NCBI GenBank assembly: GCA_020725555.1
Contig: DYEU01000026.1
Span: forward strand, 115,693-179,692
From: Desulfatibacillum sp.
GTDB taxonomy: Bacteria > Desulfobacterota > Desulfobacteria > Desulfobacterales > SpSt-501
Length of the DNA: 64,000 bases
Reading direction: 5' to 3'
Shown here: piece after piece, positions 19,036 through 26,553 of the stretch
How positions within the stretch are numbered: the first letter of the stretch is position 1
Layout of the letters: every line of letters starts with the position of its first letter
Program-made: the position numbers and the translations under genes
Notes under the pieces: model-generated
The model's input: the letters and a program-made list of their open reading frames with translations, nothing else
Told to the model about the DNA's origin: nothing
Databases searched by the model: none

Positions 19036-20943
19036 ATGACGAACCGCTACGAAGAAGACTACCGCCTGTCGATCCGGGACCCGGAGCGGTTCTGGGGGAC
19101 ACAGGCCGAGGCGATCGACTGGCACCGGCCCTGTGACCGCGTGCTCGACGACTCCCGCAAGCCCTTCACCCGCTGGTTTCCGGGAGGGGAGCTCAACACC
19201 TGCCACAACGCCCTCGACCGGCACGTCGCCCGGGGCCGCGGCCGGCAGGCGGCCCTGATCTACGACAGCCCGGTCACGGGAACGGTGCGCGCCTATACCT
19301 ACGAGGCGCTGCGCGACGAGACCGCCCGCTTCGCGGGCGTGCTCGCCGCCCTGGGTGTGCGCCGCGGCGACCGCGTCGTGATCTACATGCCGATGATCCC
19401 CGAGGCGGTGATCGCCATGCTGGGCTGCGCCCGGCTGGGTGCGGTGCACTCGGTCGTCTTCGGGGGCTTCGCCCCCCCGGAGCTCGCCGTGCGCATCGAC
19501 GATGCCGCGCCGAAGGTCGTCGTCTCCGCCTCCTGCGGCATCGAAGTGAACCGCCTGATCCCCTACAAGCCGCTCCTGGAGGCCGCGCTCGCCCGGGCCT
19601 CGGCCAAGCCCGAGCGCTGCCTCATCGTGCAGCGGCCGATGCACCGGGCCGAGCTCACCCCCGGCCGCGACCTCGACTGGGAGGAGGCCATGGCCCGGGC
19701 CGCGCCGCACGAGTGCGTCCCGGTGCGCGCGACCGACCCCCTCTACATCCTCTACACCTCCGGGACGACGGGGCTGCCCAAGGGGGTGGTGCGGGACAAC
19801 GGCGGCCATGCCGTGGCCCTGCACTACACGATGGGGGCGATCTACGGCATGCAGCCGGGCGAGGTGTACTGGGCGGCCTCGGACGTGGGCTGGGTGGTGG
19901 GCCATTCCTACATCGTCTACGGCCCTCTGCTGAAAGGATGCACGAGCATCCTCTACGAGGGAAAGCCCGTGGGGACGCCCGATGCCGGCGCCTTCTGGCG
20001 GGTGATCGCCCAGCACGGGGTGCGCTGCCTCTTCACCGCGCCGACCGCCTTCCGCGCCATCAAGCGGGAAGACCCCCGCGGGGAGATGCTGCGGCGCTAC
20101 GACCTCTCCGGCTTCCGGGCGCTCTTTCTCGCCGGCGAGCGGCTGGACCCCGACACGCTTCGCTGGGCCCAACGGCTGCTCGGGGTGCCCGTGATCGACC
20201 ACTGGTGGCAGACCGAGACCGGATGGGCAATCGCCGGCAACTGCCTCGGCCTGCATGCCTTTCCCGTCAAGGAGGGCTCGGCGACCAAGCCCGCCCCGGG
20301 CTGGGACCTGCAGGTCCTCGGCCCCGATGGGCAGCCCCTGCCCCCCGGCCAGATCGGCGCCCTCGTCGCCCGGCTGCCCCTTCCCCCGGGCACCCTGACG
20401 ACGCTGTGGAACAACGACGCCGGCTTCCTCAAGTCCTACATGGAGGAATTCCCCGGCTGCTACAAGACGGCCGATGCGGGCTTCATCGACGAGGAAGGCT
20501 ATGTCTACGTGATGTCGCGCACCGACGACATCATCAACGTCGCCGGCCATCGGCTTTCCACCGGCGCCATGGAGGAGGTGCTCGCCGACCACCCGGACGT
20601 GGCCGAGTGCGCCGTGCTCGGGGTCGAGGACCCCCTCAAGGGGCAGGTCCCGATCGGGTTTCTCGTGCTCAAGGCCGGCGTCGACCGCCCCCCCGAGCAG
20701 ATCGTCCGCGAGGTGATCCAGATGGTCCGCGACCGGATCGGCGCGGTCGCCTCCTTCAAGACGGCGACCGTGGTGAAGCGGCTGCCCAAGACCCGCTCCG
20801 GGAAGATCCTCCGCGGCACGATCCAGAAGATCGCCGACAACCGCCCCTGGAAAATGCCGGCCACGATCGACGACCCGGCCATCCTGGAGGAGATCCGCGA
20901 GGCGCTGCAGTCCCTCGGGTACGCCAAACCGCAGGGCGCGTAA
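19036..20943 (+). CDS. prpE: Propionate-CoA ligase / acyl-CoA synthetase (PrpE-like)
   Basis: Start at ATG 19036 (MTNRYEEDYRLSIRDPERFW). YTSGTTGLPKGV, HWWQTETGW, DDIINVAGHRLST, LPKTRSGKILRG. Confidence 0.88.
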   Translation: MTNRYEEDYRLSIRDPERFWGTQAEAIDWHRPCDRVLDDSRKPFTRWFPGGELNTCHNALDRHVARGRGRQAALIYDSPVTGTVRAYTYEALRDETARFAGVLAALGVRRGDRVVIYMPMIPEAVIAMLGCARLGAVHSVVFGGFAPPELAVRIDDAAPKVVVSASCGIEVNRLIPYKPLLEAALARASAKPERCLIVQRPMHRAELTPGRDLDWEEAMARAAPHECVPVRATDPLYILYTSGTTGLPKGVVRDNGGHAVALHYTMGAIYGMQPGEVYWAASDVGWVVGHSYIVYGPLLKGCTSILYEGKPVGTPDAGAFWRVIAQHGVRCLFTAPTAFRAIKREDPRGEMLRRYDLSGFRALFLAGERLDPDTLRWAQRLLGVPVIDHWWQTETGWAIAGNCLGLHAFPVKEGSATKPAPGWDLQVLGPDGQPLPPGQIGALVARLPLPPGTLTTLWNNDAGFLKSYMEEFPGCYKTADAGFIDEEGYVYVMSRTDDIINVAGHRLSTGAMEEVLADHPDVAECAVLGVEDPLKGQVPIGFLVLKAGVDRPPEQIVREVIQMVRDRIGAVASFKTATVVKRLPKTRSGKILRGTIQKIADNRPWKMPATIDDPAILEEIREALQSLGYAKPQGA

Positions 20944-20955
20944 GGGGGGGAGCCT

Positions 20956-20978
20956 CCGGGCCGCCGCCGGCGGCCCGG
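20956..20978 (+). other. Intercistronic GC hairpin between prpE and the receiver gene (no U-tract)
   Basis: ccgggccgcc-gcc-ggcggcccgg: perfect 10-bp stem with a 3-nt loop. Confidence 0.5.
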
Positions 20979-20989
20979 AACGGGGGCCC

Positions 20990-21361
20990 ATGGGCAAGAC
21001 CGTGTTGATCGTGGACGACGAGCCCAGCCTCATCGTCGCGCTGCAGTTTCTCCTTGAGGAAAACGGGTTCGAAACCCGGGTCGCCTTCAGCGGCGAGGAG
21101 GCGCTCGAGTCGATCGCCGCGCACCGGCCCGATCTCGTCCTCCTCGACATCATGCTGCCCGCGGTCGACGGCTTCGAGGTCTGCCGCCGCATCCGGGAAA
21201 ACCCGGAGACCCGCGACATCCGCATCGTCCTTCTCTCGGCGCTCGGGGGCCAGGCGCACATCACCCGCGGGATGGACCTCGGCGCCGACGCCTACATCAC
21301 CAAGCCCTTCTCCAACGCCGAGCTGCTCTCCCGCATCCGGGAACTGCTGGGATGCGCCTGA
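20990..21361 (+). CDS. Stand-alone response-regulator receiver (CheY-like)
   Basis: 123 aa. VLIVDDEPS, LVLLDIMLP (phospho-Asp), LLSALG, ITKPF are all present. No output domain. Confidence 0.92.
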   Translation: MGKTVLIVDDEPSLIVALQFLLEENGFETRVAFSGEEALESIAAHRPDLVLLDIMLPAVDGFEVCRRIRENPETRDIRIVLLSALGGQAHITRGMDLGADAYITKPFSNAELLSRIRELLGCA

Positions 21362-23487
21362 ACCTCTCCCCCGGCTCCTATGGGTTCGCCGTGCTGCTCG
21401 CCGCGGCCGCGGCGCTGGGGGGGGCCGCCCTCTTCGGGCTTCTGGCCTGGCGGGATCTCGACCCTGCCGAGCGGGCCGCAGCCGGCGAGCTCCTGCGGCG
21501 CAGCGGGCCCACCCTCGCCCTGGGGGGGTGCCTCGTGCTTCTCGTCGGCGGGATGCTCGTCGAATGGATCGACCGCCAGTACCGCAGGCCGCTCGGCCGC
21601 CTGCGGGAGCAGGTCTCGATCCTGCGCGGCCTTTCCCCCTCGCGGCGCATCCGCCCCGAGGGGGCCGCCGAGGTGCAGGGGCTGGCGGCGGAGATCAACG
21701 CCTTGTCCGATCTTCTCGAGGCGCGCCGCGAGAGCGTCGAAGAGCGCATCCGGGCCGCCCGCGGCGAGCTCGAGGAGGAAAAGCGCCTGCTCTCCGGCAT
21801 CCTGGCCGAGCTGCCCGAAGGGGTCCTCGTCTGCGACCCGGAGGGGCGGATCATCCTCTACAACGAGCGGGCCCGGCAATGGCTCGGGGACCCCCCGATC
21901 GGGCTGGGGCGTTCGCTGCTTTCGGTTTTCGACCCGGGGCTCTTCCGGCAGGCCCTGGAGGATGTCGCCTCGCGGCTCAAGCGGGCGGGCCGCGAGCCGG
22001 CCGTTTCCTTTGCCGCCCGGCTGCCGGGCGGCCGGCTGCTCCACACCACGATGGCGCCGCTGCTTGCGCCGACGCGCGAAATCCGCGGCGTGATCCTGAT
22101 CTTCGCCGACGCGACCGAAGCCGACGAGGCCGTGTGCCGGGGCGAAGAGGCCCTGGAGACCCACTTCTTCACCCTGCGGCGCTCCGTCGGCATCCTGCGC
22201 ACGACCGTCGAGATCCTGCGCGACGCCAAGGGGCTTCCCCCCGGGAAGCGGCGCGAATTCGAAGAGATCCTGGACCGCGAATCCCGCACCGCGGCCCAGG
22301 CGACCGAGGAGGCGGCGGCCGCCTGGGCCGCCCACCGCCCGCCCACCGGTGCGGTGTCGGCCATGCCGGCCGGCGATTTCCTGGAGCTGCTCGCCCGGAG
22401 GGTGCGGGGGCTCGGGGAGATCGACGTCCGCCGCGAGGTTCCGCACCCGACGCTCTGGGTCCGGGCCGACGGGCAGGCGATGGCCGCGGCGATCGTCTTT
22501 CTCCTGTCGCGGCTCGCCCCCCCGCCCGGCGGCCTGCGGCGGATTCATTGCCGCTGCACGCGCCGCGAGCACCGCGTGCTCGTCGACCTCGTCGGCACCG
22601 GCGCCCCCCCGGAGGCCGCCGCACAGGCCGCCTGGGAGCGGGAGCCGCTCGCGGTCGGCGGGGTCACCCTGAACACGACGCTGGCCGAGGTGTTCCGGCG
22701 GCACCGCGCCTCGTGGTGGGTGCTGCCGCCGGGGGAGTCGGCGGAGGGGACGCTCCGCGTGATGCTCGAGGCGGCCGGGCCTCCGGCCATCCCCCCGCCC
22801 CGCCGCACGACGCTTCTTGCCGGCTCCCGCCCGGTCTATTACGATTTCGACCTCTTCGCCGGACGCCGGGCCGGGGCGGCTCTGCTCGATCAGCCGCTCG
22901 GCCTGCTGGTCTGCACCGCCTTCGATACCGAAACCACGGGGTTGGACCCGGAGGGCGGCGACGAGATCATCGCCCTCGGCGCGGTGCGGATCGTGAACGG
23001 GAGGCTTCTCGAGTCGGAGGTCTTCGAGCGGCTCGTGCGGCCGGGGATCGACCCCCGGCCCGAGTCGGTGCGGATTCACGGCCTGGGGCCCGACATCCTG
23101 CGCGATCAGCCGGAGGCCGGGGCCGTGCTCGCCGAGTTTGCGCGCTTCGCCGAGGGGACGGTCCTGGTCGCCCACCACGCCGCCTTCGACATGCGCCTGC
23201 TCACGCTCCAGGGCGGCCGCGCCGGCGTGCGCTTCGACCAGCCGGTGCTCGACACCCTGTTGCTCTCGCTCGCCGTGCACCCGGGCCATGCGGACCACCG
23301 GCTCGAGGCGATCGCCGAGCGGCTGGGGGTGACGATCCGGGGGCGCCACACGGCCCTGGGCGACGCGCGGGCGGCGGCGGAGATTTTCCTGCGCCTCACC
23401 CCGCTCCTGGAGAAGGCGGGGATCGCGACCCTCGCCCAGGCGCTCGAGGCCTCGCGCGGCGCCCTCGAACGGCGCCTCAGGGGGTGA
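21352..23487 (+). CDS. Membrane sensor: 2TM-HAMP-PAS-degenerate histidine-kinase-like module fused to a DEDDh (DnaQ-like) 3'-5' exonuclease
   Basis: 711 aa. Start overlaps the receiver stop by 10 nt. TM segments FAVLLAAAAALGGAALFGLLAW and LALGGCLVLLVGGMLVEWI. HAMP-like YRRPLGRLREQV...EVQGLAAEINALSDLL. PAS-like LLSGILAELPEGVLVCDPEGRIILYNERARQWLG. Kinase-like region lacks a canonical H-box (ETHFFTLRRSVGILRTTVEIL), N-box Asn (FLLSRL) and G-boxes (DLVGTGA, GGVTLNTTL). Exo I FDTETTGL, Exo II LVAHHAAFDMRLL, Exo III HTALGDARAAAEIF are intact. Confidence 0.85.
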   Translation: MRLNLSPGSYGFAVLLAAAAALGGAALFGLLAWRDLDPAERAAAGELLRRSGPTLALGGCLVLLVGGMLVEWIDRQYRRPLGRLREQVSILRGLSPSRRIRPEGAAEVQGLAAEINALSDLLEARRESVEERIRAARGELEEEKRLLSGILAELPEGVLVCDPEGRIILYNERARQWLGDPPIGLGRSLLSVFDPGLFRQALEDVASRLKRAGREPAVSFAARLPGGRLLHTTMAPLLAPTREIRGVILIFADATEADEAVCRGEEALETHFFTLRRSVGILRTTVEILRDAKGLPPGKRREFEEILDRESRTAAQATEEAAAAWAAHRPPTGAVSAMPAGDFLELLARRVRGLGEIDVRREVPHPTLWVRADGQAMAAAIVFLLSRLAPPPGGLRRIHCRCTRREHRVLVDLVGTGAPPEAAAQAAWEREPLAVGGVTLNTTLAEVFRRHRASWWVLPPGESAEGTLRVMLEAAGPPAIPPPRRTTLLAGSRPVYYDFDLFAGRRAGAALLDQPLGLLVCTAFDTETTGLDPEGGDEIIALGAVRIVNGRLLESEVFERLVRPGIDPRPESVRIHGLGPDILRDQPEAGAVLAEFARFAEGTVLVAHHAAFDMRLLTLQGGRAGVRFDQPVLDTLLLSLAVHPGHADHRLEAIAERLGVTIRGRHTALGDARAAAEIFLRLTPLLEKAGIATLAQALEASRGALERRLRG

Positions 23488-26215
23488 GCGCCGGCGGCGG
23501 GGGGGGAGGGGGCCTGAGCGGCAGGCCGAAATGAAACGCGGCGCCGCCCTCGGGGCCCGATGCGGCGCGGATCCAGCCCCCGTGGTGCTCGAGGATCCGG
23601 CGCACGATGGCCAGCCCGAGGCCCGTGCCGGCCAGACGGCCCCGCGGGCCGCGGCGGCGCACCTGGTAGAAGGCCTCGAAGACGGCCTCGCGGTCCTCGG
23701 CCGGGATGCCGGGGCCGTTGTCGCTCACGACCCCGGTGATCTCGTCCCCGCGGCGCTCGAGGCGGACGTCGATCCGGCCGCCGGTGTCGGGGCAGAACTT
23801 CAGGGCGTTCGACAGCAGGTTGAGGGCGACCTGCAGCAGGCGGTCGCGATCCCCGAAGACCGGCGGGAGCGTTTCCGGTTCCTCGAGCGCGAGGCGGATT
23901 CCCCGCTCCTCGAGCATCGGCCGCATCGCGGCGGCCGCCTCGCGCCAGACCTCCCGCAGGTCCAGGGGGAGCGGCTGCCCGAGGGACTTGCCGCTTTCGA
24001 GCCGCTGGAAATCGAGCACCTGGTTCACCAGCCGCCCCAGGCGCTCGCTTTCCTTCACCACGACCGCGGTCAGGCTCCGGCGGCGCTCCTCGGGCATCCG
24101 CGGGTGCGCCTGCAGCGATTCGGCGATGGAGCGCACCGCGGCGAGCGGGGTTCGCAGCTCATGGGTGACGGTGGCAATGAACTCGTCCTTCAAGCGGTCG
24201 AGTTCTTCGAGGCGCCGGTTGGCGGCGCGCAGCTCCTCGGCGAGCTTTTCGAGCTCGCGGCTGTAGCTGATGGCGGCCCGGTTTTCCTCGAGGATCTCGA
24301 GGAGCTCCTCGGCGCGAAGCGGTTTCTCCTGCACGACCGAGGCGACCATCACGCGGGCCGAGGCCGAGCCGACGGCACCCGCGAGCAGCCCCTCGGCGAA
24401 GGTGACGAGCGCCGGGTCGGCCGGCCGCCCCGGCCTCGGCCGCAACCCGTGATGGCGCGCGAACTCGCCCAGGGCCTCCTCGGTCCGCTCCCGGCCGAGG
24501 AAACGCTCGAGCAGAAGCCGGAGATCCCGAACGCGGGCCGTTCCCCGCCACAGCGGCACCGCCTCCGGCCGGGCGGGGAAGGCGAAGGCGTCGACGAAAA
24601 GCTCCGCCTGCGCCCGCTCCGCGGCCGGCGGCGTGCCGAGGAGCGAGAGCCCGGTGAAGAGGCCGAGGTTGACGAGCAGGCTCCAGAAGAAGGCATGGGC
24701 GATCGGGTTCAGGCCCTCGAGGCCCATCAGGTGGCCGGGCCGGAGCCAGCCCCAGCCTGCCGGGCCGTGGGCGACGATCGCCTCCCCGAGGAGGCCGGCG
24801 TCCACCAGCGAGGGCACGATCAGGGTGTAGAACCAGACGGCGAAGCCGCCGATCAGCCCGGCCAGGGCGCCGCGGCGGGTGGCGTGCTTCCAGAAGAGGC
24901 CGCCGAGGAGGGCCGGGGCGAACTGCGCGACCGCCACGAAGGAGATTTGGCCGAGCGCGACCAGGGAGTGCATCTGCCCGATCGCGCGGTAGTAGGCGTA
25001 GCCCGAGGCGAGAACGAGGACGATGCAGGCGCGACGCAGGACGAGGATCCCGCGGCGGGGGTCCCGCTCCAGGGAAAGCGGCCGGCCGGGCAGCCGCAGC
25101 CAGAGCGGCAGCAGGAGGTCGTTGGCGATCATGGTCGCGAGAGCCACCGACTCGACGATCACCATCGCGGTCGCCGCCGACATGCCGCCCACGAAGGCGA
25201 CGAGCGCCAGCCCCTCCCGCTGCAGGGCGAGCGGCAGCGTGAGGCCGAAGGTGTCCGCGTCCACCCCGCCGGGAAACTGGAGGCTGCCGGCCACGGCGAT
25301 CGGCAGGACGAAGAGGTTGATCGCCCAGAGGTAGAGCGGAAAGAGCCACAGTGCCTTTCCCAGGTGCTCTTCGCTCACGTTTTCGACCACGGCCACGTGG
25401 AACTGGCGCGGGAGGCAGAGAAAGGCGAGAAACGAGAGCAGCATCTCGAGCGACCACCCCAGGGGCTCGGCGCGCGGGTGGGCGGCGGCGAGAATCTCCT
25501 GCAGCCGCGGCTCGGCCGCGGCGCGGCCGAAGAGGGCGGCGGGGCCGCCGAAGGCGGCCAGAGTGAAGAGCCCGACGGCGACAAAGGCGGCGAGCTTCAC
25601 GATCGACTCGAAGGCCACGGCGGCCACGATCCCCTCGTGGCGCTCGGTGGCCTCGAGCTTGCGCGTGCCGAACAGCATGGCGAAGAGGGCGAGGAGCCAG
25701 GCCACGTGGAAGGAGGTGTCCTCCAGTACGGGCTTGGCTTCCAGGTGCCGCGGCATGATGATCAGGGGCGCGTGGCTCAGGATGTCGAAGCCGTCGGCGA
25801 CGGCCTTGAGCTGGAGGGCGATGTAGGGGATCAGCCCCAGCAGGGCGAAGCAGGTCACCGCGGCGGCGAGGGCCGCGCTCTTGCCGTAGCGGGAGGAGAG
25901 AAAATCGGCGATCGAGGTGGTGCGGTGGGCTTTCCCGATGCGGATCATCTTGCGCATCACCGTAAAGCCCAGCGCGCAGGCGAGCGTCGGCCCCAGGTAG
26001 GTGGGCAGGAAGGCCGGCCCCTCCGCGGCGGCGCGGCCGACGCTGCCGTAGAAGGTCCAGGCCGTGCAGTACACGGCGAGCGAGAGCGCGTAGACGTAAG
26101 GGTTGGCGATCGCGCTGCGGCCGCGCTCCGCCCGCCGGTCGGCCCAAAAGGCGACGGCAAAAAGCAGGCCCACGTACCCGAGGGCCACGGCGAGGATGAG
26201 CGGCGCGCCCAGCAC
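23477..26215 (-). CDS. SLC5/SSS-domain-fused sensor histidine kinase (CbrA/CrbS-like, no receiver domain)
   Basis: 912 aa, GTG start. N-terminal ~500 aa polytopic SSS-like domain, linker (LGEFARHHGL...LLAGAVGSASARVMVASVV), H-box ATVTHELRTPLAAV, N-box LLSNALKF, G1 DNGPGI, G2 GTGLGLAIV. The 3' end overlaps the convergent sensor-exonuclease gene by 11 nt. Confidence 0.9.
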   Translation of the reverse strand: MLGAPLILAVALGYVGLLFAVAFWADRRAERGRSAIANPYVYALSLAVYCTAWTFYGSVGRAAAEGPAFLPTYLGPTLACALGFTVMRKMIRIGKAHRTTSIADFLSSRYGKSAALAAAVTCFALLGLIPYIALQLKAVADGFDILSHAPLIIMPRHLEAKPVLEDTSFHVAWLLALFAMLFGTRKLEATERHEGIVAAVAFESIVKLAAFVAVGLFTLAAFGGPAALFGRAAAEPRLQEILAAAHPRAEPLGWSLEMLLSFLAFLCLPRQFHVAVVENVSEEHLGKALWLFPLYLWAINLFVLPIAVAGSLQFPGGVDADTFGLTLPLALQREGLALVAFVGGMSAATAMVIVESVALATMIANDLLLPLWLRLPGRPLSLERDPRRGILVLRRACIVLVLASGYAYYRAIGQMHSLVALGQISFVAVAQFAPALLGGLFWKHATRRGALAGLIGGFAVWFYTLIVPSLVDAGLLGEAIVAHGPAGWGWLRPGHLMGLEGLNPIAHAFFWSLLVNLGLFTGLSLLGTPPAAERAQAELFVDAFAFPARPEAVPLWRGTARVRDLRLLLERFLGRERTEEALGEFARHHGLRPRPGRPADPALVTFAEGLLAGAVGSASARVMVASVVQEKPLRAEELLEILEENRAAISYSRELEKLAEELRAANRRLEELDRLKDEFIATVTHELRTPLAAVRSIAESLQAHPRMPEERRRSLTAVVVKESERLGRLVNQVLDFQRLESGKSLGQPLPLDLREVWREAAAAMRPMLEERGIRLALEEPETLPPVFGDRDRLLQVALNLLSNALKFCPDTGGRIDVRLERRGDEITGVVSDNGPGIPAEDREAVFEAFYQVRRRGPRGRLAGTGLGLAIVRRILEHHGGWIRAASGPEGGAAFHFGLPLRPPPPPPPALTP

Positions 26216-26221
26216 GGCGCC

Positions 26222-26440
26222 TCAGGGGCCGCCCCCGCGGTCGGGGGGGCTCTCGCGGGAGACGAGGGCGATCAGCGCGGTCAGACCCGCCCAGGCGAGG
26301 TAGAGGTAGACGTAGAGGAGGGGGAGCTCCAGGATTCCGGCCGGTTGGGCGAACAGCGAAAGCATCGGGGGGTTGAGGAGCAGGCACCCCAGCAGGAAGA
26401 CGACCCATCTGCGGTCGTTGCGGCCGGCATTCGGCTCCAT
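26222..26440 (-). CDS. 72-aa two-helix membrane protein (DUF3311-like / CbrX-like leader ORF) upstream of the SLC5-kinase
   Basis: MEPNAGRNDRRWVVFLLGCLLLNPPMLSLFAQPAGILELPLLYVYLYLAWAGLTALIALV... Stop is 6 nt before the kinase GTG. This pattern resembles small ORFs that precede SSS transporters (recollection). Confidence 0.55.
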   Translation of the reverse strand: MEPNAGRNDRRWVVFLLGCLLLNPPMLSLFAQPAGILELPLLYVYLYLAWAGLTALIALVSRESPPDRGGGP

Positions 26441-26499
26441 CGCCTGGACCCCGTTCGGCGGCGCGGCGCCCCCCCCGTCGCGGGCGGGGCCGTGATGCC

Positions 26500-26529
26500 G
26501 CTATAGAGAAATGGTGCCGCCCTTGTCAA
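26500..26529 (-). promoter_or_regulatory. Sigma70-type promoter candidate for the small ORF / SLC5-kinase operon
   Basis: On the minus strand: TTGACA (comp 26524-26529), 18 nt, TATAGC (comp 26500-26505), about 55 nt upstream of ATG 26440. Confidence 0.3.
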
Positions 26530-26553
26530 ACGGAAGCTCGGAGGGGAGGCAGG

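Noticed and set aside
26512-26527. Sigma54-like TGGTGC-N5-TTGT upstream of the DUF294 gene.
   Set aside because: The -12 element reads GT instead of the invariant GC. The same bases are better explained as the -35 TTGACA of a minus-strand sigma70-type promoter.
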